Source: Macrostomum hystrix (Eukaryota > Animalia > Platyhelminthes). From it: a DNA stretch of 64,000 nt. The stretch covers positions 11,966,001 to 12,030,000 of the forward strand of contig CATNEN010000001.1 in assembly GCA_950097015.1 (NCBI GenBank). The letters run 5' to 3'. The first letter of the stretch is position 1; each line of letters begins with the position of its first letter. Positions 22,901 through 35,107 of this stretch are shown here, piece by piece. A program made the position numbers and the translations under genes. Below the pieces are notes generated by a model. The model saw nothing but the letters and a program-made list of their open reading frames with translations, did no database searches and had not been told where the DNA came from.

Positions 22901-23766
22901 GTCTTATCACCCCATGGCCGATGGCCAGGCGGAAAGCTTTAACAAAACGCTAAAAAACATGATTAAATGCCGGCAGAGCGAGGCTGAGGCGGATTGGGAG
23001 GACTTGATTGGCCCCTCGCTTCTGGCCTATCGCAGCAGCGTCCATCGTGGTACGGGGTACACCCCGTACTACATGCTGTACGCGAAAGAGATGCGCCTTC
23101 CAGTCGACATCGGGAACTTGCCTGAAACGATGCCAGCGAATGCGCCGGAGTACCTGCTGTCTCTAGGTGACAGGCTCGCAGACGCGCACTCGCACGTAAG
23201 GCAAAATCTGCAACAATATCAGCGCAAGCAGAAAGTCAACTACGACTCCAGGGTTCGAGGTCCGACCATAGATGTTGGGGATATTGTGCTTGAATACTCG
23301 CCGGCCCTGCAGCCCAGCGAAGTTGCCAAGTTCCACAAATATTGGAAAGGCCCGGCTGAGGTCACTAGAGAAAATCTCAGATGTCAATTTCAAAATTCGC
23401 CACCAGAACAGTCGAAAAACTAGAATAGTCCATTACAACAATCTTAGAAAAATTCCACAGCGGCCCCCTGAGCTGCAAGCTCCAAAACAGAGACGGCAAA
23501 GGCGGATGGCGCGCCAAGTACAGGGTGAAGTAGCTAGAGGGACACCTCAGCAGGATGAGTCCGAGTCAGATGACGCCGAGTCTGACTTCGTCTATGTGCC
23601 GCCGCCGCCGGGGCACGAAGCACCAGTGCCGCAGAACGAACCCATTCAAGTTGCAGCGCCGCCACTGCAGGAGATTCCTGCTCCGCCATCACCGCGCAGA
23701 CTCCGGCCTGGAAGGGGTAATCCACCGGCGCGCTACGGCAACCCTAGTGCTGTACTAGCACTGTAA
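19853..23766 (+). CDS. pol: Gypsy Pol (protease, RT, RNase H, integrase) with apparent frameshifts near 20650 and 23365
   Basis: LLDSGS protease; YFDD RT; TDAS...ELLAIV...RSDH...NADSLSR RNase H; HHCC (H-GH...CVHC) and D,D,E integrase (SDIVGP, TDKG, QAESFN). The C-terminus continues in ORF 23272-23766. Confidence 0.9.
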
Positions 23767-24863
23767 TAAATTACACTAAAAACAATAAGGCAATAAAAAA
23801 TACAAAAAAATACATTAAAACTGTCAAAACGCAAAAAAAAGCTCGAGTAAAACATCTAAAATCACAATAACTTCCTTCATATTTAGTATTTATTTACGAG
23901 TACATGTACTTGCTTTGCAACTGACATCATTTTTACTGTATTACGCGTGCGCTAGTTTAGCTACAGTTCTGCGTCCAGTTCGTCTTAGCAGTTAGGGGTA
24001 CCTGTCCGGGAAGCTGCACTCCCTGGGTTTCATGTTGGGTGTCGCTCGGCCCGTTTCCCATTGGGGTGGTGGAGGGCCAGGTGGAGGACACCAGAGGCGG
24101 AAGACCCGGAAGCAGCAAGATACGGCAGGAGACACCGCTGCGCCACAGCAAAGCACCACCAACCAGTCAGCGTCAAGTCAGCGAACTGGAGCGACGGAGA
24201 TGCTACGAAGGCGTCACCTGCAGTCGCTGTGAGCTGAAGAGCGCTTGATGACCGGTCAACGGCAGTGCGAGCGAGTTCGGCGGTAACCAAGGCAAAATGC
24301 GAGAGCGACCATTGGCCTAGCCACGGGAGTCGGCGCGCACGAGTCAGCGAGCTGGCAGGTGAGTCAGCGGGTCTCGGGGTCGACAGGCTGCCCGGCAGCG
24401 AGCGACCCGAGTTCGGCATTCAGCTCGGCTGGGACACTGCTGTGTTTCGAGCCAGGACTGCGTGAGGCGAGCGACTTTGGCAGAACCGAGGTCGGAGCGA
24501 GCCGGTTGGATACCGCGACGTGACGAAGCTGCAGGAACTGTGCTAGCCGAGTATCGTGAATACATTACTATCATTTTTCTAAAAAAACAAACTGACGTTT
24601 CAACCCTAAAATATTTTGCGCTCATGTGTCATCTACATATATCATGCGATTCGTGTTATTTCTCCTTTCCGTTAATCCTACATGATTGCGTCATCAACAT
24701 GTTTTTTTTTGTCATCCGTTTGAGCGTCTTGTTTTCGTTCACTGCCCACTGCATTCTTACCCAATTGCTAATCCGCTTATCATTTTTTTTCTTCATTTGT
24801 AATGCCGTTTTTCTTTTCTTCTAATACTCGTAGTCTTTGTTTTCGTACTTCCCACCGTTTTTT

Positions 24864-24876
24864 AAGGAGGGGAGGA
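24864..24876 (+). promoter_or_regulatory. Polypurine tract
   Basis: AAGGAGGGGAGGA immediately before the 3' LTR. Confidence 0.9.
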
Positions 24877-25307
24877 TGTTGTGACGCAGCCCTCACCTCT
24901 GCCCTATCATTTTCATATCTTTCTCATTCCCTGCCCCGCCAGTCGGCTAGCGTGCCCCACCCCAGTCATATGTATCGATCGCCCAGCCTACCCCTAATTG
25001 TTAAATGTACATTTCACCCGTGGGCCGGCGCTTGCGTAAGCCCCGGGCGAAGACTTGTTAATTAAATATATATTGACTCTGCGAAGAGACCCGAGTCTCA
25101 ACCGTTCCGCCTGTTCACCCTGCATTGCTCATTAATTAAAACAGCCTTCAATTCAATCCAAGTTCAAGCCTCGCTGGGCCAGTCGTCGGCCGTAAGTACC
25201 CTGCGCTCTCTTTTCTGCCATTCCCTGGGAGACGGGACGGGTGGCACCCGACTGGGACCTGGGCTGTCGCAGCTTCCCCAAAGGCTGTAGGACCGTGAGA
25301 CACAACA
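24877..25307 (+). repeat. Gypsy 3' LTR
   Basis: Copy of 18438-18868. Confidence 0.97.
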
Positions 25308-26244
25308 CTCGCTTTCTGCACCAGTCCAGAAAGGGGGCCCTCAGGGCGGGGTTCTTACTCCTCTCCTTTCGAACCTTGTCATGGATGAGCCTTGTCATGG
25401 ATGAGCTGCTTGAGGATGCTCAGCCAGATCCGGTCCAAAAAGTGGGATACGCTGACGATGTGACCGCCACCTGCGCGGGACCTTCAGCGGACACCACTAG
25501 AGACCTCATCCAGAGTTTCATCAAAAGAGCTGTAAGCTGGGCGATCCGCTGCGGGCTCAGACTCTCCGAGTCCAGGAACATGGCGATCATGTTTACCAGC
25601 AAGCTACGTTGAACCATGAAACCCCTCACTCTCTACGGCAAGGACATCGCCATGAGCAAGCAAACTCGTTGCCTTGGTTTTATCTTGGACCATAGGCTAA
25701 ACTGGAGTCACCACCTCCGTTTCAAAACCAAGAGGGCCCTGGCGATACTGGCGCAAGTCAGGCAAGCCCTTGGCACCACTTGGGGCCTCACCCCCCAGAA
25801 GCTCTGGTGGATCTACACAACGATCATCAGACCCTCGATCTCGTACGCCAGCCTCATTTGGGCTAGCGCCACGAGTACCCAGGGAAACCTGGATGCGCTT
25901 TACAGGGTGCAGGGTAGAGCCTGTCGTATGACCATGGGCGCCTCACCCTCCACCCCCTTCGAAGGCATGAACGCCTTCCTGGGAGCCACTCCTTTGGACA
26001 TCTTCGTCAAGGGAGAGGCCGCGAAGAGCACCAGGCGCCTTATGGATGCCGGCGTGACGTTCAAATTCTCGAGGGCCTTCAAAAAGCGCTCTCTCACTCC
26101 CCACTCCGATCTGTGCCTCAAGATTCTGGGCGAGTGCGAAGGGCTCCACATCCTCTCCGATGCTATACCCGCCACTCTGATCCTGAGCCACAGGTACAAG
26201 GTCGAAATTCAGCCTCGCCAGGAGGCAAACGACAGCTGGACCGA

Positions 26245-27052
26245 TCAGCGCCAATCTACCTGACTGCTCCAGCGGGCGCGTTCAGCTCTTCTTTTAGGGC
26301 GGAGGAGTGTGCCCTCCGCATTGGTCTCCTCGCAGCCCTGGAGCGCGTCTCATGGCCCGGTACGGCAGAACTGCGTTGCGCCACTGATTCGCAGGCCCTC
26401 ATCCGATCGCTCGAACAAGGCCCGCACTCTCACCTGTCCCCCTGCGGCCGGGACATCTGGCGCCTCCTCCTCAAAGTCCCTGCGGACCACCACGTGACTA
26501 TCCAATGGGTCCCAGGACACTGTGACCTGAGGCGCAACGATCTGGCGGACAACCTCGCAAAAGACGCCGCCAGACTCCCACAAGACCAAGCGGAAATCGA
26601 CCTAAACAGTGCCAAGTCCGCGATCCGCCGCACACTGGCCGCCGAGGCTCGCGCTGCCTACGAAGCGGACCCACACTGCCGGACGCACCGCGCTGCCTTC
26701 CGCGAAGACCGCAGGTCCGAGGCGACTCTCAGCAGACGCGAGTTGAGCACGCTAGCGCAACTTCGCACGGGCCACTCGCCTCTGCTGGCCCAGTACCGCC
26801 ACCGGATTGACCAAGAACAGCCCGCGTCCTGCGGGCACTGCGGACACCAGGAGGAGGACCTGAAGCATGTGATGCTGGAATGCCCAGCTCACGCCCAGAC
26901 CCGCAACCGCGTCCTCGGCCCTAACCCGACGCTGGCCATCCTATCCGACGACGGCCCCCGTGTCCTGTCCTGTTCCTGTTCCTGTATCTCCAGGCGATAG
27001 GGTCGCTGACCCGACCCCCGGACCTGCCCGGCCAGGAACGTCTAACTAACTA
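26245..27052 (+). mobile_element. 5'-truncated I-group (Ingi-like) LINE: RNase H + CCHC end
   Basis: 13-bp TSD ACAGCTGGACCGA (26232-26244, 27053-27065); (CTAA)n tail; SSFRAE, TDSQAL, QWVPGHC, LAQLRTGHSP, CGHC...H...C. Related to the element at 31063-34627. Confidence 0.92.
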
Positions 27053-28328
27053 ACAGCTGGACCGACTCTGAAATCCACTGTTATACCGACGGCTCCCTGA
27101 TGAGCGGAATCTCAGGATTCGGAGCCTGTATCTACAAGGGAGGAGAGGTCGTCTGGACTCACTCCCAGCACACCGGGAAAAACTCCAGCGTTTTTCAGAA
27201 CGAGATGCTCGCCATCAGTTCATGTGCAGCAGAGTTGCGCCAGAGGGGGCTCACTGACCGGAAAATCTTTTTCCACTCCGACAGTCAAGCCGCCCTCCGG
27301 GCCCTCGACCGCAGCACCACCTGCTCTAAGACCACCTTGGACTGCAACGCCCAGCTCAACGGGCTGGCGCGGACCAACGAGGTCAAGCTCAAATGGATCC
27401 CAGGTCACGCTGGCTTTCCAGGGAATGAGATGGCGGACCAGCTCGCAAAAGCTGGAGCAGCCAGAACCCTGGCTGGGCCAGAACCTGGCGCTCCTATCCC
27501 CGTCACTGTGACCAACATCAAGCTGAAACGCTGGATAGAGGCACAGCACCTGGACAGATGGACCAAGACCCAGAAATGCAAGCAGTCCAGGGCAGCGGTA
27601 CCATGTCCGTCTCACCGCCTGCGCAAAGCCCTCTTAAGGCTGAACCGCAGAGATCTCCGCGCAGTCAGCATGGCCCTCTCAGGGCATGGCTGTTTCTCTC
27701 GGCACCGCTTTCTCCAGGGCCAGCTCCAGGAGGACAAATGCACATTTTGTAGCTCGGGCAGTGAAAACGCCGAACACTTTATATGCCACTGCCCATTTTT
27801 CACCAGGGCAAGGCTTGAACACCTTGGGCCTAACCCAACTCTCTTCGATGTTTGCAGGCCCGAGAGCATCCCTCAGCTTGCCCGGTACCTCCGGGATCCG
27901 GGGCGAGCCAACGTCTTTCCCACTGACAGTGCGGAGGACCATGCTGCAGGCGAGTCCGACGGGCCACCCTGAGCAACACCACCTCTCCTGAGGTCGTCTG
28001 GTTTGCCAGGGGTTAGCGGAATGGGCGGTCCTCTCCGCCTCCTCGCTGCGTCCGCCGGTACGGAGCACCCTGCAGCTAAGTCAAGTAAATCAAGAGCCCA
28101 AATCAGCCAAGACAACCAAGGCAGCCAAAGCAGTCAACAAGCAACCGCCCAGCGCAAGAGCAACCTGGCTCTGCGCGAAATGCGAAGCACCTATTTTTGT
28201 AGACCAGGAATTCTTTAGATAGCGCAAAGGCCACGAACTACGTACAAGGAGATTCGATATATTTATACTGACAAAATATGGCTGGGGGTGACAATGGCAC
28301 GTGGAGAGCAAGGAGTAAGAACATAGCA

Positions 28329-29096
28329 CGTTGTGTCACACGCGCAGGTGACACACGCGGCCCACGCACGCATAGGAAAATGGGCGTGCATTGAGCAATG
28401 ATAAGTTAATAGAGTACATTCAAGTCCGGTTGAATATTCAAGTCACAACATCCCTCCACACCAAAGCTAAAAATAAATTGAATAACACCGCGAATAGTCA
28501 ATCCACCGTACATTGGAGCTGTTGGTCATTTAAGCAGAGTCACTAAATCACTGGTAGACCAATCGGTCAGGTGGTCCGCACTTCCTGCTTGAGCGCCTCG
28601 GCAATCCCTCACCAGTGTCCTCATGGGTCTCGGAAACACCTGGCAGGACCACCGCCGCTTCTGCCTGGCCACCAGGTGGGGTCGAAGTTGGCAGCTGTGA
28701 CTGGGGCTCTTCAGCAGTCAGGGTAGGCCCAGCCGGCTTGCGCACCTGGTCCACATGGCGATGGGCGTCCCGTCCATCTTCGAAACGGCAGGTGAAGGAC
28801 GTAGCGCCAGAACTCGCCGTCACGGTCGCCGGCTTCCAGCGACCTTCGTTCGCGAAGTCGCGGGCAAGCACGGCGTCCCCGACCTCCACCCGACGGTCGC
28901 GGGCGTGGATGTCGTGGTGCTGCTTTTGCAACGCTTGCTGCTGAGAGACCCTGGCCGGCACATCTGGGCGGACTCGATCGAGAAGTGAGTGAAGTCGTCG
29001 TCCCATCAGCAGCTCACACGGGGCCACCCCAGTAGTGGCGTGCGGAGTCACCCGATATGTCAGGAGGAATCGGGACACCCGCTCTTCCAGCGTATC
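28329..29096 (-). mobile_element. 3' remnant of a Mag-like Gypsy element (integrase C-terminus, PPT, short LTR 28329-28450)
   Basis: FLLTYRVTPHATTGVAPCELLMGR...RRSSR...PPDRL. On the minus strand the PPT GGTGTGGAGGGA is followed by TGTTGTGAC...GACACAAC(G). Cut off by a satellite. Confidence 0.85.
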
Positions 29097-29402
29097 CCAG
29101 CTCATATCTTTCATTTATCCCAGCTCATATCTTTCATTTATCCCAGCTCATATCTTTTATTCATCCCAGCTCATATCTTTCATTCATCCCAGCTCATATC
29201 TTTGATTCATCCCAGCTCATATCATTCATTTATCCCAGCTCATATCTTTCATTTATCCCAGCTCATATCTTTCATTTATCCCAGCTCATATCTTTTATTC
29301 ATCCCAGCTCATATCTTTCATTTATCCCAGCTCATATCTTTCATTCATCCCAGCTCATATCTTTCATTTATCCCAGCTCACATCTTTTATTCATACCAGC
29401 TC
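29093..29402. repeat. 23-bp satellite (ATCCCAGCTCATATCTTTCATT(T/C))n, short array
   Basis: About 13 tandem monomers. Confidence 0.97.
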
Positions 29403-30445
29403 AAATCACAGTCGGCATTGCTTTGCTAGCTGCCCGATCGATGCTCAATGTCGTAGTGGAATTCACTTAGCCGCTCGATCCACCGACCAAGGATCCCTTG
29501 TGCCTCTGTCTGGCGTGGAAGCCATGGAACTGCCTTGTGCTTGGTGCAGGCTGGAATCGCTTGCCGATAAGATAAAAGCGGAAAGGTTTCATTTTGTTGA
29601 CTGGCGCTAATAATTCTTTTCTGGCAATGTGGATATCGTTTCTCTAAATTCTTCTTAGCTCGGCTAAAGTACGCAATCGGCCTCTCAATGCCGTCGGACC
29701 GTATCTTTGCAAGACAGGCGCCGATTAGAATGTCGCTAGCATCGACATCTCGGACCAGTCGTACTTTTTAATCGTCTGAGAACTCTGGATATGCGAGCAC
29801 TCACAGCGAGGTCAAATCACAGTTATGACCCACTAGCTAGTTTACCAGCGACTTGAACTGATTCAATTCACAAGCAGATTCCAATGCACCAATGGACTGC
29901 AAAAGAATTCATCTTGTAAAACAGCAGGGATTTGCCAATACTGCGGGATTAGGTGCAATTGGATTACTGAAATAATATGACTGTATTACGTGAACGTCAA
30001 AGCTGCAGACTGTGCATTGATTTGAGATCTGATTGAACATTGAGATGAAATCATAGCATATTGACAACATTTTCCAGCTTCGGGCGAATCGACTCCTTAC
30101 AGGGAAGTCTGCCAAAAGGGACTGGAGAACAGTTTACCATATTTCGGGAAGTTAGCCAAATTTGTCGGTTAATTTTTTATCTCATTTAAAACTTAGCTTT
30201 GTTTTCCTCATTCATGAGAAATTCTCCCTCAACTCAAAAGAGAGGAAAAGCAGAGAGACAAGAAGAGGAGAAAACACAGGGTCTTTTGTCTCTCTCTCTC
30301 TGGACCTATAAAATATCCAATCTAGAAAATAAAGAAAGTGAGCTGCAGCGACAGACTAAATTATTCGAATGTAATAATGCCAATCCGGAACTGGAAGTAC
30401 ATAGGGATGCTAAATAAATAAAACAGGTGATGAACATAACTAACA
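29393..30445 (+). repeat. Segmental duplication block X, copy 1 (copy 2 at 42622-43670)
   Basis: About 1 kb near-identical by eye; the ORF track shows near-identical peptides at 29909/43138 and 30199/43428. Confidence 0.95.
29408..29800 (-). pseudogene. Degenerate Gypsy RNase H fragment (block X copy 1)
   Basis: Minus strand, across frameshifts: VLAYPEF...DVDASD..IGACL...ERPIAYFSR / KELLA...FRFYLIGKRF / RWIERLSEFHYDIEHRSG..SNAD. Confidence 0.75.
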
Positions 30446-31062
30446 TCTGATGAACATATCTAACAGCTGACTAACATATCTAACAGCTGATGAACATATC
30501 TAACAGCTGATGAACATATCTAACAGCTGATGATCATATCTAACAGCTGATGAACATATCTAACAGCTGATGAACATATCTAACAGCTGATGAACATATC
30601 TAACAGCTAATAAACATATCTAACAGCTAATAAACATATCTAACAGCTGATGAACATATCTAACAGCTGATGAACACATCTAACAGCTGATGAACATATC
30701 TAACAGCTGATGAACACATCTAACAGCTGATGAACATATCTAACAGCTGATGAACACATCTAACAGCTAATAAACATATCTAACAGCTGATGAACACATC
30801 TAACAGCTGATGAACATATCTAACAGCTGATGAACATATCTAACAGCTGATGAACATATCTAACAGCTGATGAACATATCTAACAGCTGATGAACACATC
30901 TAACAGCTGATGAACATATCTAACAGCTGATGAACACATCTAACAGCTAATAAACATATCTAACAGCTGATGAACATATCTAACAGCTGATGAACATATC
31001 TAACAGCTGATGAACACATCTAACAGCTGATGAACACATCTAACAGCTGATGAACACATCTA
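30422..31062. repeat. 20-bp satellite (AACAGCTGATGAACATATCT)n, array 1
   Basis: Tandem monomers. Confidence 0.97.
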
Positions 31063-34000
31063 AGACAAGGAATCCACGCCACGTCAGCCGAAGCCTCGGG
31101 CCTCCGTATCCACGACCCCCGGCTACCGCGCCCCCTGGATGTGATCAACATCTACCTCCCGCCGGTCCGCGCCGCAGACGGCCGCACTTCGAGCCCGACT
31201 GGATCCCCGTTTCACGGGACTCGTTGGTGCTGGGCGACTTTAACGCCCACCACGGGATGTGGGACGCCTCGGGGGACGACGGCGAGCTGGGCAGGGCCCT
31301 CGAAGACTGGCCTACGACCTGGTCGCTCTGAACGACGGCTCCCCAACTAGGATCAGCCCCCCGCGGCCTGCCGAGCTCCCCTGACGTCTCCTTCGCCCAC
31401 GCCTCCTGGCAAGACCGGATCGAGTGGCGAACCGGGGAGCACATCGGCTCAGACCACCTGCCGATCATCATCGACCTCGCAGCCTACGGCCCGGCCCGCT
31501 CCAGCACCAAGCGCCTGATGCGGTACGCCTACCACAAGGCGGACTGGGACCTGTTCCAGCGGTCCCTCGACCAGGCCCTGGCCAGCTGGCCGAAGCGCCC
31601 CCCACGCACGGTGCCCGCCGCCGCCAGCAGGTTCGCGTCCGCCGTCACCAGCGCCGCCAAGGCGGCCATCCCGAGAGGCTGCCGGCGCGCCCCGATCGCC
31701 TGGTGGTGCCCGGAAGCCGAGGCGGCCTGCACCGCCCGCCGCGCAGCGCTCGAAGGGCTTCGCGCGAGCCCGGACGACCCGGCGCTCTCGGCCGCGTACC
31801 AGGCTGCTGCCGCCGCGGCTGCTCACGCCATCTGCCGCGCCAAGGAGTCGTTGTGGCGCGATTTCATCACCGATCCGGGTCACGACCTGTGTTTCGCCGA
31901 CCTCTGGCAGATCATCCGGGCTCTCGACGGCCGGTCCCAGGGGACACCCTAGTCGGCTGCCATCCAGGGCTCCACGGGGGCATCGGCCGTCTCCGACCAA
32001 CAGAAGGCCGCGCTTTTCTGCCGGGAGTACGCCGCCGTCAGCAGGCTCCCCAAGAACAAGGCGGAAGACCGGCCGGTTATCCAAGAAGCCCGTCACACGC
32101 TCCGCGCCCCCTGCAGCTGTCAAGGCCTCTGCAGCGGCCCCTGCCCCGACTTCCAGCCCGACGCCCTCCGCCGCGCCTTGGTGCGCCTGCCGGACCGCTC
32201 GGCCCCGGGACCGGACGGGGTCGCGAACATCATGCTGAAGCATCTGTCCGACCTGGGGCTCCGCTGCCTCCTGGACCTCCTGAACCTCTCGTGGAGGACG
32301 GGGGAGGTGCCCGCCCCGTGGCGACTTGCGGAGATCCGCCCGATCCCCAAGTCGGACAAGCCAGCCGGCCTGACATCCAGCTTCCGCCCTATCAGCCTCC
32401 TCAGCTGCCTGGGCAAGCTCGCCGAGAAGATGGTGAACGAGCGGCTGTCCTACATCCTCGAGACGCCCTCCACCCGTCGCAAGCCGGTTTCCGCCAGGGC
32501 CGCTCCACGGAGGAGCACATCGCCGCGGCGGCCCAGTACATCTTCGACGGATTCCAGGCCAAGAAGCCGGCAGCTCGCACCGCTCTGCTGCTTGCAGACT
32601 TATCCAGAGCCTACGACCGCGTCTGGAAAGCGGCCCTCATCGTTAAGCTCGGTCGGAAGGGGATCCCCACGTGCCTCATCCGCTGGCTCAAGGGATTTCT
32701 CTCCGACAGGAGGGCCTTCGTGCGGTGGGTTGGTGCGGCCTGCAAGCAAACCGTGTTCTCCGAGGGGCTGCCGCAGGGGTCGGTCCTCGCCCCGATCCTG
32801 TGGGTGATCTACATGGAAGACCTCTTGGACGGCGCCCCCAAGAATTGCCTCACGCTGGCGTACGCCGACGACAGCACCTTCGGCGCGCAAGGGACCACCC
32901 CTCGGGAGTGTGAGCGGGCCCTGCAACCGGCGGCCGACTGGCTCGTGCGCTGGTCCCAAACCTGGATGGTGGACCTGAGCCGCACCAAGTCGGTCGTCGC
33001 GTTCTTCTCGCTCGACCCCCGGGAGGTCAACGGAAAGGTCCAGCCGCGCATCCTCCTCGGCGACACGCCAGCCCCGTTCGAGCTGCACCCGAGGCTCCTG
33101 GGAGTGCACCTCGACTCCCAGCTGACCTTCCGCCACCACGCCAAGCTCCAGCGCCGCGCCCTCCAGCAGCGCACCGGCGTCCTCCGCTGCCTCGCGGGCC
33201 GCGACTGGGGCCAGGACGGCCAGCGCCTCGCCCAGCTCTACCACACCTACGCGGAGGCGGCCGCGCTCCACGGCGCCTCCACGTGGCTCACCTTCGCGTC
33301 CGACTCCTGCCGGGACGAAGTCGAGATTGCGCATCGATCGGCCGCTCGCGTCATCACTGGCTGCTGCCGCTCGACCGCCATTGGCGCCCTCATGCCCCTG
33401 ACCTCGTGCTGACCTTGTGCCCCTGGCGACCAGAGCGGAGGCGGAAGGCGCAGCCCTGTTCGAGGGAGCCCTCCGTCACCGTCAACCGACTCCGCTCCGC
33501 GCTGCAGCGGGCACTCTACGCCCCGCTTGCGCGCTCACGGGGAGCCTGGGGCCTTCCGCAGGAACTGGCGCGACTCGGCGCAGCATCTGAGCGCCGCCGC
33601 CGGCCTGGCCCCCCTCCCCCGGGAGCAGGAGAACCTCCCTCCGCCGCCATGGTCCGACACCAGCCGGGTCACCATCCGCTGCGACCTCCTGACCGCGACC
33701 TCCCGGGAGGACGCGCCCCACGTCAGAAAGCAGGCCGCGCTGGAGACGCTGGCGAGCCTCCCACCCGCCGACCTGGAGCTCTGGACAGACGGTTCAGCCT
33801 CCGGGGGCACCCTCAACGGCGGAGCGGGGGCGGTCATCTTCAGCAAGACCGCGCCGCCAGTCCACCTGTCGCAGGCTGCGGGCTACTCGTCCTCCTTCCG
33901 TGCCGAGGAGTCGGCGCTCTGGTTGGGGCTTCAGCACGTCGCCTCCAGGCCGGACCTCGCCTCCCTGAGCGGCCTCCGCTGCCTGACGAACTCGCAGTCC

Positions 34001-34627
34001 CTGCTCCGAGCCCTCGAGAAGGGACCGTCCAAGTCCTCCTCGCCAGCGTGCCGGGAGATCTGGACGCTGCTGACCCACATTGCCGCCCGCTTCCCAATCT
34101 GGCTGCAATTGGTCCCCAGCCACTGCGACCTCCGGCGAAACGATGCTGCGGACGCCACCGCCAAGACCGCGGCCGGCCTCCCCCAGGACGAGACGCCGAT
34201 CGACTTCGGGTCAGCGCGGGCCGCCCTCCGCCGGGTCCTCGCCGAGCGCACCCGCGAAGCCTAGTCGGCCGACCCGCACTGCGCCACGCCTGGCAACCGC
34301 CACCGCCGCCACGCCTAAACCGGGCCGACGCGGTGACCCTCGCCCAGCTGCGCACGGGCCACTCACCGCTCCTGCGCTGGTATCGGCACCAGATCAGCCT
34401 GGACACCGCCGCCACCTGCCCCCGCTGCGGGGCCGCCGACGAAGACGTGGCCCACGTTTTCCTACACTGCCGGGCCCTTGACGACCTTCGGGCCCGCATC
34501 CTTGGACCAAACCCGTCCCTGGCCGTCCTCTCGACGGACGGCCCCCGCGCGCTCGATTTCCTCCGCACGGTAGGGGCGCAGACACGCCCCCCGGATCCTA
34601 CCGGCCGGGAGTAACAACAACAACAAC
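31063..34627 (+). mobile_element. Ingi/I-group LINE, 5'-truncated in APE; APE-RT-RNase H-CCHC with stops and frameshifts
   Basis: INIYLPP, LGDFNAHH, GSDHLPII, APGPDGV, FRPISLLS, GLPQGSVLAP, YADD, WTDGS, SSFRAE, LAQLRTGHSP, CPRC...H...C; (CAA)n tail at 34613-34627. Confidence 0.92.
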
Positions 34628-35107
34628 GAGACAGCTAGCGACGACCGAGAGCACGAAGAGACAGCCAGCGACGACCGAGAGCTCGACGACAGGAAGCGAC
34701 TCACGAGGAGATTGTGACGGTGATACAATTGATGGTTTATCTTGCTCTCGGACTAAGTAACTTGATTTTCAAGCTTCCTGTCTAGAGTTCACTTCTCCAG
34801 CGAAGAGAGAAAATGCTGAATAGTCCCCGTTCGGGCGCCATGTAGTTGAACTGACACGACTCAATTGATTATTTTCTCTTTAGGGTTTGTTGAGAGAAAG
34901 CAAGCGCGCGCTCTGGGCCGCTGGTTTGACGTTATTTATTTAGATAATGAACGTCATGAACGAAGAGAAATGAACGCGTGGGGGAGGGTGCCCAGGGCAC
35001 GAGCAGATGTACATTGCATGACAGGGCGGAGCGGGGTGAAAGGTGAGTCGGCTTTCACTTGATGCACAAAAACCATTTGGCTGAATAAAAATGTACTTTT
35101 CCGCCAC

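Larger units (their letters stand above)
18438..25307 (+). mobile_element. Full-length Gypsy/Ty3 LTR retrotransposon, recent insertion
   Basis: 431-bp LTRs TGTTGTG...CACAACA; 4-bp TSD CTCG (18434-18437, 25308-25311); PBS and PPT present; gag-PR-RT-RH-IN order. Confidence 0.97.
16560..27972 (+). pseudogene. LOA-type LINE ORF2 (APE-RT-RNase H), disrupted
   Basis: Stops at 17673-17675 and 25610-25612. A 16-bp tandem duplication CCTTGTCATGGATGAG (25374-25405) shifts the frame. Gypsy insertion at 18438 and LINE insertion at 26245. Confidence 0.85.
14827..28093 (+). mobile_element. LOA/R1-group LINE (ORF1, APE-RT-RNase H-CCHC ORF2, 3' UTR), degraded, with two nested insertions; 5' boundary 14827 or 15111
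   Basis: ORF2 pieces: 16560-17675 (QINTQH, VQEPW, GDVNAHH, SDH); 17697-18437 (KAPGPDGI, YRPISL, FLDIEGAFD); 25312-26244 (PQGGVL, YADD, WGLTPQKLWWIY); 27066-27972 (YTDGS, SDSQAAL, WIPGHAGFPGNEMADQLAK, CxxC...H...C). Tail TAAGTCAAGTAAATCAAG. Confidence 0.9.

Noticed and set aside
28020-28090. Canonical HDV-like ribozyme
   Set aside because: P2 cannot be formed, P3 has a mismatch, and a 3'-UTR position does not fit; kept only as a structured-UTR finding.
31449-34585. Long antisense or alternate-frame ORFs over the GC-rich LINEs (also 12582-13253, 15313-15864, 16931-17398)
   Set aside because: Shadow ORFs caused by high GC and codon bias of the retroelement frame; no motifs.
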